Shown: positions 40,748-51,154 of the stretch, in pieces | Layout of the letters: each line of letters opens with the position of its first letter | How positions within the stretch are numbered: position 1 is the stretch's first letter | Assembly: GCA_022340545.1 (NCBI GenBank) | Contig: JAJDNV010000272.1 | Coordinates: forward strand, 1-56,640 | Direction: 5' to 3' | From: Acidobacteriota bacterium | GTDB taxonomy: Bacteria; Acidobacteriota; Vicinamibacteria; Fen-336 | Length of the DNA stretch: 56,640 nt | The notes under the pieces: generated by a model | What the model was told of the DNA's origin: nothing | Seen by the model: the letters and a program-made list of their open reading frames with translations, nothing else | The model's database searches: none | Translations under genes and position numbers: made by a program

Positions 40748-42311
40748 GTCGGTCTCCTCTTGTCGGTCCTAGCGGGCCCGGGCGCCGCAGGGTGGCGGCC
40801 AGAAGGGCGAGCGCGGCGGCCAGACAGCCCCGGGCAAAAAGATCCCCATACCGAGTATAGAGGCTCTTCTCGGCGATGAAGGGAACGTCGCGCACCAGCA
40901 CCGTCCGATCGAACAGCCGCGTCGGCTCGAGGATCCGGCCCCAGGGGTCCACCACCGCGGTGATCCCGGTGTTCGCGGCCCGGACCATGTAGCGACGGTT
41001 CTCGACGGCCCGGAAGGCGGCCATGGCCAGATGCTGGTAGGGCGCGGAGGTTGTCCCGTACCAGGCGTCGTTGGTGATGTTGATGAGCAGCTCCGCCCCG
41101 TCTGCCGCGAAGCGGCGCACCAGCCCGGGGAAGACGGCCTCGTAGCAGATGTACCCTCCGACGAGATGCCCGTCGACCTCGGCCACGGCCGGCTCGGACC
41201 CGGGGCTGAAGTCCGAGACCTCCTGGACGACCTTGGCCGCGAACCGTCCTCCGAGAGTGAAGAGGCGCTGCATCGGGACGTACTCGCCAAAGGGCACGAG
41301 GTGGATCTTGTGGTAGCGCAGGGTGAGGTCGCCCTCCGGGGTCAGGAGCTTGGCGCCGACGAAGATGCGGCCTTCGCCCTCGGTCTCCCGGTCGTCGTTG
41401 CCGAAGAAGAGGTAGATGTCCCATTCCCTGACCATCCGCCGGAGGGCCTCGGCCAGGGTCTGGTGCTGGTCGAACAGGAAGGGCACCGCCGACTCCGGCC
41501 ACACGACGAGGCGCGCCCCGCGCGCCGCCGCCTCGCCGGTGAGCTCGACGTGGCGGCCGATGTTGTCCCACGCGCTCCCGGGGACCCACTTGTCCTCCTG
41601 ACGGATGCCCCCCTGCACGAGGCCGACCCGCACCTGCCCGGTCTCGACGAGGGGCTGGCGGAGGGCCCAGGCCCCCCCAGCCCAGACGCCGCCGACGAGG
41701 AGGACGAGCGCCCCAACCGCGGCCCGACGCCGCCGGCTCTCCCTCTCGATCGCCAGGAAGGCGAGAAGCGCGGAGGACGCCATCAGGACGAAGGAGACGC
41801 CGTAGACTGCCGTGACCGAGGCGATCTGGATCACCGGCAGGCTCCGATACTGGCTGTAGCCGAGCTGGCACCACGGGAACTCGAACAGGGTGTGCGCCCT
41901 CAGCAGCTCCGTCGCCACCCAGACCACCGGGGCGCCGAGCAGGCCCACCGTCCCCAGGCTCGCGACGAGACGGGCCACCACCCAGGCAAAGACCGCCGGG
42001 AAGAGCGCAAACGCCAGGCACAGGGCGATCATGATCGCGATGCCGACGGGCAGCGGGATTCCGCCATACTGCACGACGACGAGCGAGATCCAGTACAGCA
42101 GCCCCAGCGCGGAGACCACACCGGTGATGTAGCCCAGGCGGAAGGCCCGCCATCCCGCGGTGCCCGGCAGAGCGAGGAGCAGGGGAACGAGGGCCACCCA
42201 GGCCACCGCACCATGTCCGAACTTCGGGAAGGACAGGATCAGCAGCAAGCCCGACAGTCCCGCCAGTCCCTCGCAGCGGAGGCCGGGTCTCAGGGCCGCC
42301 TCCCCTCCCAA
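40734..42311 (-). CDS. lnt: Apolipoprotein N-acyltransferase
   Basis: An N-terminal multi-TM domain plus a CN-hydrolase domain (VVWPESAVP..., ICYEAVFP with the catalytic Cys). The stop overlaps the prfB start region by 14 nt. Confidence 0.9.
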   Translation of the reverse strand: MGGEAALRPGLRCEGLAGLSGLLLILSFPKFGHGAVAWVALVPLLLALPGTAGWRAFRLGYITGVVSALGLLYWISLVVVQYGGIPLPVGIAIMIALCLAFALFPAVFAWVVARLVASLGTVGLLGAPVVWVATELLRAHTLFEFPWCQLGYSQYRSLPVIQIASVTAVYGVSFVLMASSALLAFLAIERESRRRRAAVGALVLLVGGVWAGGAWALRQPLVETGQVRVGLVQGGIRQEDKWVPGSAWDNIGRHVELTGEAAARGARLVVWPESAVPFLFDQHQTLAEALRRMVREWDIYLFFGNDDRETEGEGRIFVGAKLLTPEGDLTLRYHKIHLVPFGEYVPMQRLFTLGGRFAAKVVQEVSDFSPGSEPAVAEVDGHLVGGYICYEAVFPGLVRRFAADGAELLINITNDAWYGTTSAPYQHLAMAAFRAVENRRYMVRAANTGITAVVDPWGRILEPTRLFDRTVLVRDVPFIAEKSLYTRYGDLFARGCLAAALALLAATLRRPGPLGPTRGDRRDRT

Positions 42312-42361
42312 GACAGGGGGGTCCGGTCAGACAAGCGAACAGCCGGAGGCGCGATCACCGT

Positions 42362-43036
42362 CTACTGCTTGATGATATAGGGCTTGAACTTGTCCGCGCG
42401 AAGACGCGCGGCCACGACGTCCGCGTCGGCGCGGTCGCGGTACGGCCCCACCCGCACCGTGAAGAGCCCCCCGCTCTGCGGCGCGGGGGCCTTCACGTAG
42501 GCCGGGAAGCCCCGGTTCTTCAGCCCGCTCATCACCGAGTCGGCGCTCGCCTTGTCCTTGAAGGCCCCGACCTGCACCGCGTGCCCCGCGCTCTGCGGGG
42601 TGAGTGCTTTCGGCAGGGTGGGCGTCGCGCGAATCGGGGTGGGCTTCGGGGTGGCGGGCTTCGGAGTGGCGGTCGGCGTGGGACGGGCCGGCCTGGGCTT
42701 CGGGGTTGGTGTCGCCGGCGCCGCGCCCGCGGGCGGAGTCGCCGCGCCCGACCCTGGCCGCGGCCGCTCGAGGGTGGCCGCCGGGCGCTCCGCCTCCAAG
42801 CTCTGGGGATAGGAGTATTCGGACGGCGTCGGGGCCGCCGCGGGCTGCTCCTGGACGATCCGCCCTTCGGTCAGAGGCTGGGTCCGGCCGCTGGCGTTGG
42901 CGGCGGTGTCGACCCCGCGCCCGACCATCACCCCGGCGAGGAAGCTCAGGATGAGGCCGGCGGCGCCGGCCATGAAGTAGAAGACCAGCTGCTTGTTGGT
43001 CAGCTGGATCTCGTAGTAGTAGTCGTCCTGGGCCAA
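42362..43036 (-). CDS. SPOR domain-containing protein (membrane anchor, Pro/Thr-rich linker, SPOR)
   Basis: TM helix (LVFYFMAGAAGLILSFLAGVMV), a PT-rich linker, and a C-terminal SPOR (HAVQVGAFKDKASADSVMSGLKNRGFPAYV...FTVRVGPY). Confidence 0.8.
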   Translation of the reverse strand: MAQDDYYYEIQLTNKQLVFYFMAGAAGLILSFLAGVMVGRGVDTAANASGRTQPLTEGRIVQEQPAAAPTPSEYSYPQSLEAERPAATLERPRPGSGAATPPAGAAPATPTPKPRPARPTPTATPKPATPKPTPIRATPTLPKALTPQSAGHAVQVGAFKDKASADSVMSGLKNRGFPAYVKAPAPQSGGLFTVRVGPYRDRADADVVAARLRADKFKPYIIKQ

Positions 43037-43061
43037 GTCTCCACCCTTTCCCGGGGGCCGT

Positions 43062-44216
43062 TCAGGGCACCCCGAGCCTGCGATAGGCTTCCTTGATTAT
43101 GCCCGAGACCACCGCCTCCTCCTGCGCCCCGTGGTGCTCCTTCACCCCGAGCTGGATGGCAGCCACCAGCTCGTTCAGCCCGGCCAGAATCAGCTGCCGG
43201 CGCTCGGCCGCGGGCAGGTCGGCCACGTTGGCGAGCAGCTGATCGTAGTCTGCCCGCCCGTACTGCTTGAGATCCACCCCGTAGAACAGCGATCCGTACT
43301 GCCCCGTGACGCGCCCGAGTGCCTCCTCCATGAACGCGTCCACCTCGTCACCCACGCGCCCCTGCAGGAACACGTAGACCCGGCTCAGCATCTGGTTGAA
43401 GTGCTCGACCACGTCCTCGAGGTCGAGCTCCTCCTCGCGCGCGGCGGCCTGCTCGGCGCGGTCGGCGGCCTCCCCCGGCTGCCCCTTCCGCACCACCCCG
43501 AGCACCATCAGCGCCCACAGGACACGGCAGGTCTCGAGGTTCGTGAGATACGAAACCTGGCAGATCTGCTCGATGCTCGCGCGACCGTTGACGTGGGTCA
43601 GGACCTCCTGCTCCTCCTCGGTGAGCTCGATCCGCAGCAGGGCGTCGGTGTTCCCGGTGGGGACCGGCACCGACTCGATGTCTCCACCGATGCCGCCGTA
43701 GACCCGGCTCCACGCCTCAATGCGCCGGATGCCGGCGAGGATCAGGGCTTCGGTGGAGAGGTTGAGGGCCACGACGTCGTCGGACCCTGGCTCGGTCATC
43801 ACCAGCTCGTACTCGCCGGTGTGCCACGAGAAGACGTCGAGCAGGATCTCCTTGACGTGGTGCTCGACCACGCCGAGCAGGTCCTCCGACTCCAGGGCCC
43901 CGAGCTCGACCAGTATGGTCCCGAGCCGCCGTCCGGGGGCGACGAGCTTGGAGGCCTCGATGTACTCGCGAATCGTGATCTTGCCGCGGCGGAGGAGGTC
44001 CTCGCCGAGGCGCTCGTCGGGATTGCTGCTGCGGGCGTAGGTGACGCGCCCCATGTGCAGGTAGACGCTCTTGGTGACGTCCCCTCGGCGAAAGGTCAGG
44101 ACTCCGGTCTCGCCGCTCCCGAGGACGGATCGAAGGAGCTCGGGGACACTCGTCTCCTCGATGCGGCCCCGGAGGACGAGGCCCTCGTCCTCCTGGTCTG
44201 CCCCGGGCGTCGCCAT
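43062..44216 (-). CDS. DUF4388 domain-containing protein
   Basis: N-terminal PELLRSVLGSGETGVLTFRRGDVTKSVYLHMGRVTYARS matches the DUF4388 (PATAN-like) pattern. Confidence 0.75.
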   Translation of the reverse strand: MATPGADQEDEGLVLRGRIEETSVPELLRSVLGSGETGVLTFRRGDVTKSVYLHMGRVTYARSSNPDERLGEDLLRRGKITIREYIEASKLVAPGRRLGTILVELGALESEDLLGVVEHHVKEILLDVFSWHTGEYELVMTEPGSDDVVALNLSTEALILAGIRRIEAWSRVYGGIGGDIESVPVPTGNTDALLRIELTEEEQEVLTHVNGRASIEQICQVSYLTNLETCRVLWALMVLGVVRKGQPGEAADRAEQAAAREEELDLEDVVEHFNQMLSRVYVFLQGRVGDEVDAFMEEALGRVTGQYGSLFYGVDLKQYGRADYDQLLANVADLPAAERRQLILAGLNELVAAIQLGVKEHHGAQEEAVVSGIIKEAYRRLGVP

Positions 44217-44225
44217 GCGGGCTCT

Positions 44226-44972
44226 CTACTTCTCCCCCATCAGCGCCTTCATCCAGTCCATGGGCACCGGGAAGACGACCGTCGAGTTCTTCTCGGCCGA
44301 GATCTCGACCAGGGTCTGCAGGTAGCGCAGGTGGAGCGACGCCGGCTGCGCGCTCAACGCGCTCGCCGCCTCCGAGAGATGCTTGGACGCCTCGAGCTCG
44401 CCCGAGGCGTGGATGATCTTGGCCCGCTTCTCGCGCTCGGACTCGGCCTGCTTGGCCATGGCCCGCTGCATCTCCTGGGGCAGGTCCACGGTCTTGACCG
44501 CCACCTGGGTCACCTTGACCCCCCAGGGATCGGTGTGCTGGTCGATCACCTCCTGGACCATGTGCCCGAGGCGCTCGCGCTCCGAAAGCAGCTCGTCCAG
44601 GCTGGCCTGGCCGAGGATGCTGCGCAGCGTCGTCTGCGCCTCCTGGCTCGTGGCGAAGAGGAAGTTCTCCACCTGGATCACCGCGGCGAGGGGGTCCATC
44701 ACCCGGAAGTAGACGACGGCGTTGACCTTGACCGTGACGTTGTCCTTCGTGATGACGTCCTGCGGCGGGACGTCGAGGACCACCGTGCGCAGGGAGACAC
44801 GCACCATGCGGTCGATCGGCCAGGCCACGATGATGAGCCCAGGGCCCTTCGGCTTCGGCAGCGCCTTGCCGAGGCGGAAGATGACACCCCGCTCGTACTC
44901 GTTCAGCACCTTGACCGACAGCAGGAGCCAGAAGACGACGGCGACGGCGACAAACAAAAGCGGCTGCATCAC
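44226..44972 (-). CDS. SPFH/band-7 (stomatin-like, slipin) protein
   Basis: [17 protein letters not shown]...[17 protein letters not shown]...[17 protein letters not shown]. Confidence 0.9.
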   Translation of the reverse strand: MMQPLLFVAVAVVFWLLLSVKVLNEYERGVIFRLGKALPKPKGPGLIIVAWPIDRMVRVSLRTVVLDVPPQDVITKDNVTVKVNAVVYFRVMDPLAAVIQVENFLFATSQEAQTTLRSILGQASLDELLSERERLGHMVQEVIDQHTDPWGVKVTQVAVKTVDLPQEMQRAMAKQAESEREKRAKIIHASGELEASKHLSEAASALSAQPASLHLRYLQTLVEISAEKNSTVVFPVPMDWMKALMGEK

Positions 44973-46243
44973 GCCCCCTTTCGGACCCGCAATCGAAGAC
45001 CATCCCCGGAGACGACCTGGACGGGGTCGCCCTTCGCCAGAGTCTCCTCCGCCCGCGCCCGCCAGAGCTCACCCTGCACGATGACCCAGCCCTCGGGATC
45101 GAGGTCGGTGGTGGCCCTGCCCGAAACCCCCACCAGGCCCTCCATTCCCGTGGCCGGCTGCCGAAGCTGGGCCCGCACGACCAGGCGGACGAGGGCGAGG
45201 GTGAACGCGGCGAAGACGAGGACGATGGGAACGAGCGTCCAGAGGTCGATCCGGAGCTCGGGCAGGCTGGAATCGACGAGCATCATCGCACCGAGCATCA
45301 TGGCGACCAGCCCCCCCACGGTCAATAGGCCGTACGAGGTGATCTTCACCTCGGCGATGAACAGGACCACGGCCAGTATGATGAGCAGCACCCCCGCCCA
45401 GTTGACGGGGATGATCTGGCTCGCGAACAGGAAGAGGACGAGGCAGAAGACACCCAGGACGCCGGGGAACATGAGGCCGGGGTGGCTGATCTCGGTCCCG
45501 AGGCCGGCGAGGGCCCCCAGGAGGAGGAGGAACAGGATCTCCGGCCGGGCGATCGCGGACAGGATCGCCTGCCTCCAGTCCATCCGGACTTCGACCGGCC
45601 TCTGCGACTCGAGGTGCAGCACGACGGTCGTCCCGTCGAAGCGCCGGATCTCCCGCCCGTCGAGCTGGGCCAGGAGGTCCGGCACGTCCTTCGCGATCAG
45701 GTCGATGAGGCCGGCCTCGAGCGCCTCCTTCTCGGTGAAGGACGTGCTCTCCACGACCGCCTTCTCCGCCATCTCCACGTTGCGGCCTCGCTGCTCCGCC
45801 TTGGAACGGATGTAGGCGGCGGCGTCGGAGGTCACCTTCTTCGACATCACCTCGTCCATCTGCCCGAGCCCGGAGACCGGGTGGGCGGCGCCGATGTTGG
45901 TGCCCGGGGCCATGGCCGCTACGTCCGCGGAGATCGTGATGATGAAGCCGGCGGAGGCGGCTCGGGCCCCGGAGGGACCGACAAAGACCGCGATCGGGGT
46001 CTTGCAGTTCAGCATGCGGTCGATGATCTGGCGCATCGAGGTGTCGAGCCCGCCGGGGGTGTCGAGGCGGAGCACCAGGAGGGGGGCTCCGGCCGCATCC
46101 GCGTCGTCGATGGCCTGGACCACGTAGGCGGCGGTGACGGCGTGGACGACCGCGTCCAGCTCCACCACCGGGACCTCGGCCCCGGCCGGGGCACCGACGG
46201 CCAGAACCAGCACCGCGAGCGCGGCACGTCTCGGGCCTGGCAT
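44969..46243 (-). CDS. NfeD-family membrane-bound ClpP-class serine protease
   Basis: ClpP-like domain (LRLDTPGGL...[10 protein letters not shown]), TM segments and a C-terminal NfeD OB-fold ([12 protein letters not shown]). ATG at 46243 after GAGGG. 4-nt overlap with the SPFH gene. Confidence 0.85.
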   Translation of the reverse strand: MPGPRRAALAVLVLAVGAPAGAEVPVVELDAVVHAVTAAYVVQAIDDADAAGAPLLVLRLDTPGGLDTSMRQIIDRMLNCKTPIAVFVGPSGARAASAGFIITISADVAAMAPGTNIGAAHPVSGLGQMDEVMSKKVTSDAAAYIRSKAEQRGRNVEMAEKAVVESTSFTEKEALEAGLIDLIAKDVPDLLAQLDGREIRRFDGTTVVLHLESQRPVEVRMDWRQAILSAIARPEILFLLLLGALAGLGTEISHPGLMFPGVLGVFCLVLFLFASQIIPVNWAGVLLIILAVVLFIAEVKITSYGLLTVGGLVAMMLGAMMLVDSSLPELRIDLWTLVPIVLVFAAFTLALVRLVVRAQLRQPATGMEGLVGVSGRATTDLDPEGWVIVQGELWRARAEETLAKGDPVQVVSGDGLRLRVRKGA

Positions 46244-46328
46244 GCCCTCACTGTAGGGGCTCAGGCCAACGGGTGTCAACGCTCACCGGTGGTGATAGAC
46301 TTATCTTTTGAAAGGCTGAGCGCAGATC

Positions 46329-46769
46329 ATGTTTGGCACCCTCGGCGGCCCCGAGCTCTTCCTCATCTTCGTCGTCGCCCTGATCGTCTTCGGCCCGCGC
46401 AAGCTGCCGGAGATCGGGAAGAGCCTCGGGAAGATGATGAGCGAGTTCCGGAGGGCCTCGAACGACTTCCGAAGCACGATCGAGAGCGAGGTCGAGTCGG
46501 AGAAGATTCGGGAGTCCATGCGGATCGAGCCGCCGAAGGTCGAGAAGGTCGACAAGGCGACCTCGGCCGCCCCCGGGACGGGCTCGGACAGCGAAGAAGG
46601 GGCCACCGCCGAGGGCGCCGCCTCCGCCGAGGACTCGCCGGAGCCCGGCGGGGAGCCCACCTCGGACGAGTCGGCCGCCTCCGCCGAGCCGGCCCCAATG
46701 ACCGATCCCGACGGAGAGCCGGTGCCGTCCACGGTGAGCCGTCAGCCGCCGGCGATCGAGCCGAAGTAG
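46329..46769 (+). CDS. TatA/TatB-family twin-arginine translocase component with an acidic tail
   Basis: MFGTLGGPELFLIFVVALIVFGPRKLPEIGKSLGK: a canonical TatA/B N-terminus. At 146 aa the length is TatB-like. Confidence 0.85.
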   Translation: MFGTLGGPELFLIFVVALIVFGPRKLPEIGKSLGKMMSEFRRASNDFRSTIESEVESEKIRESMRIEPPKVEKVDKATSAAPGTGSDSEEGATAEGAASAEDSPEPGGEPTSDESAASAEPAPMTDPDGEPVPSTVSRQPPAIEPK

Positions 46770-46790
46770 GACCGAGGCCCTCTGCCCTCG

Positions 46791-47570
46791 ATGACCCGCT
46801 CCCATCCCGACAAGATGACGTTCCTCGAGCACCTCGAGGAGCTGCGCTCGCGCCTCGTGCGGATCGCTCTCTACCTGGCCGGGGGCTTCGGCGCCTGCTG
46901 GGGCTTCCACGAGCAGATCTTCGGCTTCCTGACCCAACCTCTGCGGCGAGCCGGCTTCAGCGACCAGTTCATCTACACGAGCCCGGCCGAGGCCTTCTTC
47001 CTCTACATGAAGATGTCGTTCTTTGTCGGCATCTTCGTGGCCTTCCCGTTCATCCTCTGGGAGATCTGGGCCTTCATCTCCCCCGGGCTCTACCGTCACG
47101 AGAAGCTCTGGGCCATCCCGTTCATCGGCATGGGGTCGTTCTTCTTCACCGCCGGGGCGATCTTCGGACACTTCGCCCTCTTCCCGCTCACCTTCAAGTT
47201 CCTCTGGGGTTTCGCGGGGCCGGATATGCGCTTCCTGCCGCGGATCGGCGAGTACTGGTCGTTCTACTCGTGGTTCCTGCTCGGCATCGGGGCGGTCTTC
47301 CAGATCCCCGTCGTGATCTTCGTCCTCGCGCGGATCGGTCTGGTCTCGGCCCGCATGCTCCTCAAGGGCTGGAAGTGGGCGATCCTCGCCGCCTTCGTGC
47401 TCGCCGCCATCATCACACCAAGCGCGGACGTCGTGACCCAGACCGCCCTCGCCGGTCCGATGATCGGCCTCTACCTCCTCGGCGTGGTGATCGCCTGGAT
47501 CTTCGGGCGGAAGCGCAGCGGCGAGGAGGAGGACGACGAGGAGACGGTCAGCGAGGCAGCTCGAAGCTGA
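46791..47570 (+). CDS. tatC: Twin-arginine translocase subunit TatC
   Basis: MTFLEHLEELRSRL...YTSPAEAFFLYMKMS...FISPGLYRHEK...: a 6-TM TatC pattern. Confidence 0.9.
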   Translation: MTRSHPDKMTFLEHLEELRSRLVRIALYLAGGFGACWGFHEQIFGFLTQPLRRAGFSDQFIYTSPAEAFFLYMKMSFFVGIFVAFPFILWEIWAFISPGLYRHEKLWAIPFIGMGSFFFTAGAIFGHFALFPLTFKFLWGFAGPDMRFLPRIGEYWSFYSWFLLGIGAVFQIPVVIFVLARIGLVSARMLLKGWKWAILAAFVLAAIITPSADVVTQTALAGPMIGLYLLGVVIAWIFGRKRSGEEEDDEETVSEAARS

Positions 47571-48003
47571 CGGTCGCCCCCACCCTGAGCTCATCTCGCC
47601 GGGCCTGGCCCGCGTTCAGCTCGATGACGTAGGTGGCCCGCCGCAGGGGCTCGTAGGTTGGACAGGGATCGGCCTTGCACGGCGGAACGTTCTCGGCGAC
47701 GTGCACGATCTTTCGCTCCTCGTCGAGCCAGACGATGTCGATCGGGAAGCGGCAGTTCTTCATCCAGATGCCGTGGAAGTCGGATCTTCGGAAGACGAAG
47801 AGCAGGCCGCGGTCGGCGGGCAGCGACGGCCGGAACATCAGGCCCAGGGCGCGGTCGTGGTCGCTCACCATCACCTCGGCCTGCACCACACGGCCCGAGG
47901 GCAGGGTGAGGGGGATCGTCGCGGGCGCGGCCACGGCCGCGATCGGGAGCAACACGAGCGCCTCCACGAGCAACGAGCGACAATAGGGACGCAGGGGACC
48001 CAT
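47548..48003 (-). CDS. DUF192 domain-containing secreted protein
   Basis: ALGLMFRPSLPADRGLLFVF...GIWMKNCRFPIDIVWLDEERKIVHV matches DUF192. Signal peptide from the MGPLRPY start. A second ATG at 48021 is possible. Confidence 0.75.
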   Translation of the reverse strand: MGPLRPYCRSLLVEALVLLPIAAVAAPATIPLTLPSGRVVQAEVMVSDHDRALGLMFRPSLPADRGLLFVFRRSDFHGIWMKNCRFPIDIVWLDEERKIVHVAENVPPCKADPCPTYEPLRRATYVIELNAGQARRDELRVGATVSFELPR

Positions 48004-48005
48004 CA

Positions 48006-49205
48006 ATGCCGATCGTACCATCCCGGGCGCAGCGCGTTCAGACGCTTGTCGGCCAGCTTGCCAGCGAGCGCGCAGCCGCCCGCGACTCGGCCGTGGCCCA
48101 GCTCACGCTGCTGGGGTCGCGAGTGGTCGAGCCGCTTCTCGCCTTCCTCCCCGAGGCTCCGGCCCGGGCTCGGCTCGCCGTCCTCGAGGTGCTCGAGGGG
48201 CTCGACGACCGTCGCGTCCTGCCCGCGCTCCTCGGGCTCGCCAGGGACTCGAGCTCACGGGTCGCGGTGCGGGCCATCGAGCTGGTCGGCCGCAAGTCCG
48301 ATCCGCGTTCGGTGACAGCCCTCGCCGAGATCCTCACCGGGGCGGCGGCTCCCCGACGACAGGCGGCGGCCGAGGCCCTGGCCCGGCTTCATGGTGCCGG
48401 GATCGTCGAGGCCCTGGCCCCCCTCGTCGACACGTTGGTGGACGACGAGGCCGAGACGGGGTTGCGGCTGACCATCCTCGACGCACTTCTCGGAGTCGGT
48501 CCCCACCTGCCCCGGTCCACGCTGCGGCCGCTGGGGCGCCGCCTGGCCTCCTCCGGCAATCCGGCGGTGGCGGCCCGGGCGGCCGATCTGGATCGGCGCG
48601 AAGAGGGACGGAGCGGGTCGGAGGATGTCGTGGATCGGCTGCGGGAGGGTGTGGTCGGCCCGGCCGAGGCGCGCTCGATCGCGGCCTCGCTCGAGGCTTC
48701 AGGAGACGTCCCCCTGGAGCGGCTGGACGAGGCCCTCGGGAACGCCCGCGAGCCGCGGGCGGTGCGCGCCCTCGCCGCCGTGCTCGGAACGGTCGGGGGC
48801 CCCTCGTCGATCCCCGCCCTCTCGCGGACCCTCGCCCGCCTCGCCGAGGCCCCGGGAGACGACGACGCGCTCGAGGCACGCGCCGCGATCCACACGGCCC
48901 TTGCCGCGCTCGAGAGCGGCATCGCCCTCCACGATCTCCGCGAGCTCATCGCCCGCCATCCCCCGGGCGTGATGCCCCAGCTCCTCGACGCGGCGACGCG
49001 GGTGGGCAACGCGAGCTTCGTGCCGGCGCTGGCCCGCGCGGCGAGCGAGGATCCCGCTCTCCTCGAGCCCTGTGCGTCCACCTACGCCGCGATCGCGCGG
49101 CGGGGGCGGCTCCGCCGATCCAGCGCCGCGCTGCGCCGCGTGCGGGCCGAGCACCGCCCCGCCCTCGAGGCCTTCCTGGCCGCGCCGGCTCGGAGGCGCC
49201 GGTGA
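48006..49205 (+). CDS. HEAT-repeat protein
   Basis: Repeated Ala/Leu-rich helical pairs (RVLPALLGLARDSSSRVAVRAIELVG, SVTALAEILTG...). The stop overlaps the next start (GTGA). Confidence 0.65.
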   Translation: MPIVPSRAQRVQTLVGQLASERAAARDSAVAQLTLLGSRVVEPLLAFLPEAPARARLAVLEVLEGLDDRRVLPALLGLARDSSSRVAVRAIELVGRKSDPRSVTALAEILTGAAAPRRQAAAEALARLHGAGIVEALAPLVDTLVDDEAETGLRLTILDALLGVGPHLPRSTLRPLGRRLASSGNPAVAARAADLDRREEGRSGSEDVVDRLREGVVGPAEARSIAASLEASGDVPLERLDEALGNAREPRAVRALAAVLGTVGGPSSIPALSRTLARLAEAPGDDDALEARAAIHTALAALESGIALHDLRELIARHPPGVMPQLLDAATRVGNASFVPALARAASEDPALLEPCASTYAAIARRGRLRRSSAALRRVRAEHRPALEAFLAAPARRRR

Positions 49206-51154
49206 GCGCGTCCTGGACGGAGCTCGTGGAACAGGTCCGGCAGGGACGAAGGCCTCCTTTCTCCGCCCACTGGGAGGCCTTCCGAAAGGCCCACCGTGAC
49301 GATCCGCTCCCCATCGCGTGGTGGCCGGATGAGCAGACCCGGGAGCGCTCGAACCTCCTCTCCCTCATGCGCGAGCTCGGCCTCGGGGACTACCCGGCCC
49401 TCCACCGCTTCAGCGTCGAGAACAAGCAAGAGTTCTGGAGGCGTGTCCTGCCCCGCCTCGGGATCGTCTTCGCCCGGGAGCCCGACTCCATCCTCGACCT
49501 CGCGGACGGGGTGAAGCACCCGCGCTGGCTGCCGGGCGCGCGCCTGGAGATCACGCGGAGCTGCTTTGGCGCCCCTCCGGAGACGGCGGCCATCCTCTAC
49601 GGTCGGGAGCGAGACGAGGGCGGCCTGGAGAGCCTCTCCTACGCCGAGCTCGACGCGCAGGTCGACCGCTTCGCGAACGGCCTCCTCGACCGGGGCTTCG
49701 AGCCCGGGCAAAGCGTGGCCCTCTACATGCCGATGACGCCCGAGTGCGTCGTCGCCTACCTCGGCACGGTGCGGGCCGGATGCCGGGTCCTTTCGATTGC
49801 CGACAGCTTCTCGGCCGAGGAGCTCCGCCGACGTATGGAGATCGGCGGGGCGCGGGCCGTCGTGACGGTCTCGAGCTACCGTCGCGCGGGACGCACCATC
49901 GACCTCTACGGAAAGGTCCGGGCCGCGGTGCGGGGTCTCGAGGAGCCTCCGATCGCGATCGTCCTGGAGGCGAAGGAGCTCGACCGCGGCGACGTCCCCT
50001 GGGAGGGCTTCCTCGTGGACCGGAGAGACTCCCCCGCGCTCGCTTTCGACCCCGACCACGTGACGAACGTGCTCTTCTCCTCGGGCACGACGGGCGATCC
50101 CAAGGCCATCCCCTGGACCGAGCTCACACCCCTGAAGGCGGGCATGGACGCCCACTTCCACCACGACATCCACGCCGGCGACGTCGTCTGCTGGCCCACG
50201 AACATCGGCTGGATGATGGGGCCCTGGCTCATCTACGCGAGCCTCCTCAACGACGCGACGATGGCGCTCTACGAAGGTGCGCCTCTCGGCCCCGGCTTCA
50301 CGCGCTTCGTGCACGACGCGGGGGTGGGCATGCTCGGCGTCGTGCCGTCGATCGTGCGGGCCTGGCGCCGGACGGAAGACGTCGAGGCCGGCGGATGGCC
50401 GCACGTGCGCCTCTTCAGCTCGACCGGCGAGGCATCGAGCCCGGAGGACTACCTCTGGCTCATGAGTCGCACCGACTACCGCGCCCCCGTCGTTGAGTAC
50501 CTCGGCGGAACGGAGATCGGCGGAGGGCACCTCACCGGGACCGTCCTCCAGCCCGCCTCACCCTCAACCTTCACGACGGCGGCCCTGGGCGTCGACGTGG
50601 TGATCCTCGACAAGAGCGGCACCGGGGAGCTCTTCCTGGTTCCACCGGCCCTCGGCCTGTCCCAGGAGCTCCTGAACCGGGACCACGATGCCGTCTACTA
50701 CGACGGCTGCCCCACCGGGCCGCGGGGCGAGGTCCTGCGTCGCCACGGCGACGAGATCTCCCGCCTGCCGAACGGCTACTTCCGGGCCCAGGGACGGGCG
50801 GACGACACCATGAACCTGGGGGGCATCAAGGTCGCGTCGCTCGAGCTCGAGCGCGTCGTCGGCACCCATGCGGGGGTCAGTGAGTGTGCGGCGGTCGCGG
50901 TTCCCCCGGAGGGCGGGGGCCCCGAGAGGTTGGTGCTCTATGTCGTGCTCGAGGACGGCGGCTCGCCGGACGGTCTCGAACGGGAGCTCGGCGACCGGAT
51001 CGCCCGCCATCTGAACCCGCTGTTCAAGATCCACGACGTCGTCGTCGTGGACGCGCTTCCGCGCACGGCGTCCAACAAGGTCATGCGGCGCAGGCTCCGG
51101 GACGAGTACGCCTCGCGGACCGCGGTCAGGCGGAGCGGAGGGCCCGCCAGGTGA
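49202..51154 (+). CDS. AMP-dependent synthetase/ligase (acetyl-/acyl-CoA synthetase-like)
   Basis: AMP-binding motif LFSSGTTGDPKAI. ACS-like N-terminal region. C-terminal GGIKV and KVMRRRL motifs. Confidence 0.85.
   Translation: MSASWTELVEQVRQGRRPPFSAHWEAFRKAHRDDPLPIAWWPDEQTRERSNLLSLMRELGLGDYPALHRFSVENKQEFWRRVLPRLGIVFAREPDSILDLADGVKHPRWLPGARLEITRSCFGAPPETAAILYGRERDEGGLESLSYAELDAQVDRFANGLLDRGFEPGQSVALYMPMTPECVVAYLGTVRAGCRVLSIADSFSAEELRRRMEIGGARAVVTVSSYRRAGRTIDLYGKVRAAVRGLEEPPIAIVLEAKELDRGDVPWEGFLVDRRDSPALAFDPDHVTNVLFSSGTTGDPKAIPWTELTPLKAGMDAHFHHDIHAGDVVCWPTNIGWMMGPWLIYASLLNDATMALYEGAPLGPGFTRFVHDAGVGMLGVVPSIVRAWRRTEDVEAGGWPHVRLFSSTGEASSPEDYLWLMSRTDYRAPVVEYLGGTEIGGGHLTGTVLQPASPSTFTTAALGVDVVILDKSGTGELFLVPPALGLSQELLNRDHDAVYYDGCPTGPRGEVLRRHGDEISRLPNGYFRAQGRADDTMNLGGIKVASLELERVVGTHAGVSECAAVAVPPEGGGPERLVLYVVLEDGGSPDGLERELGDRIARHLNPLFKIHDVVVVDALPRTASNKVMRRRLRDEYASRTAVRRSGGPAR

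Noticed and set aside
42552-42812. Repetitive GGCTTCGGGGT-like DNA that could be mistaken for a repeat array
   Set aside because: It encodes the Pro/Thr/Ala/Lys-rich linker of the SPOR protein on the minus strand (TPTPKPRPARPTPTATPKPATPKPTP). It is low-complexity coding sequence, not a CRISPR or satellite repeat.
43131-45815. 894-aa plus-strand ORF antisense to the DUF4388, SPFH and NfeD genes
   Set aside because: No recognisable domains and biased His/Arg/Asp/Leu composition. The opposite strand carries three well-supported genes.
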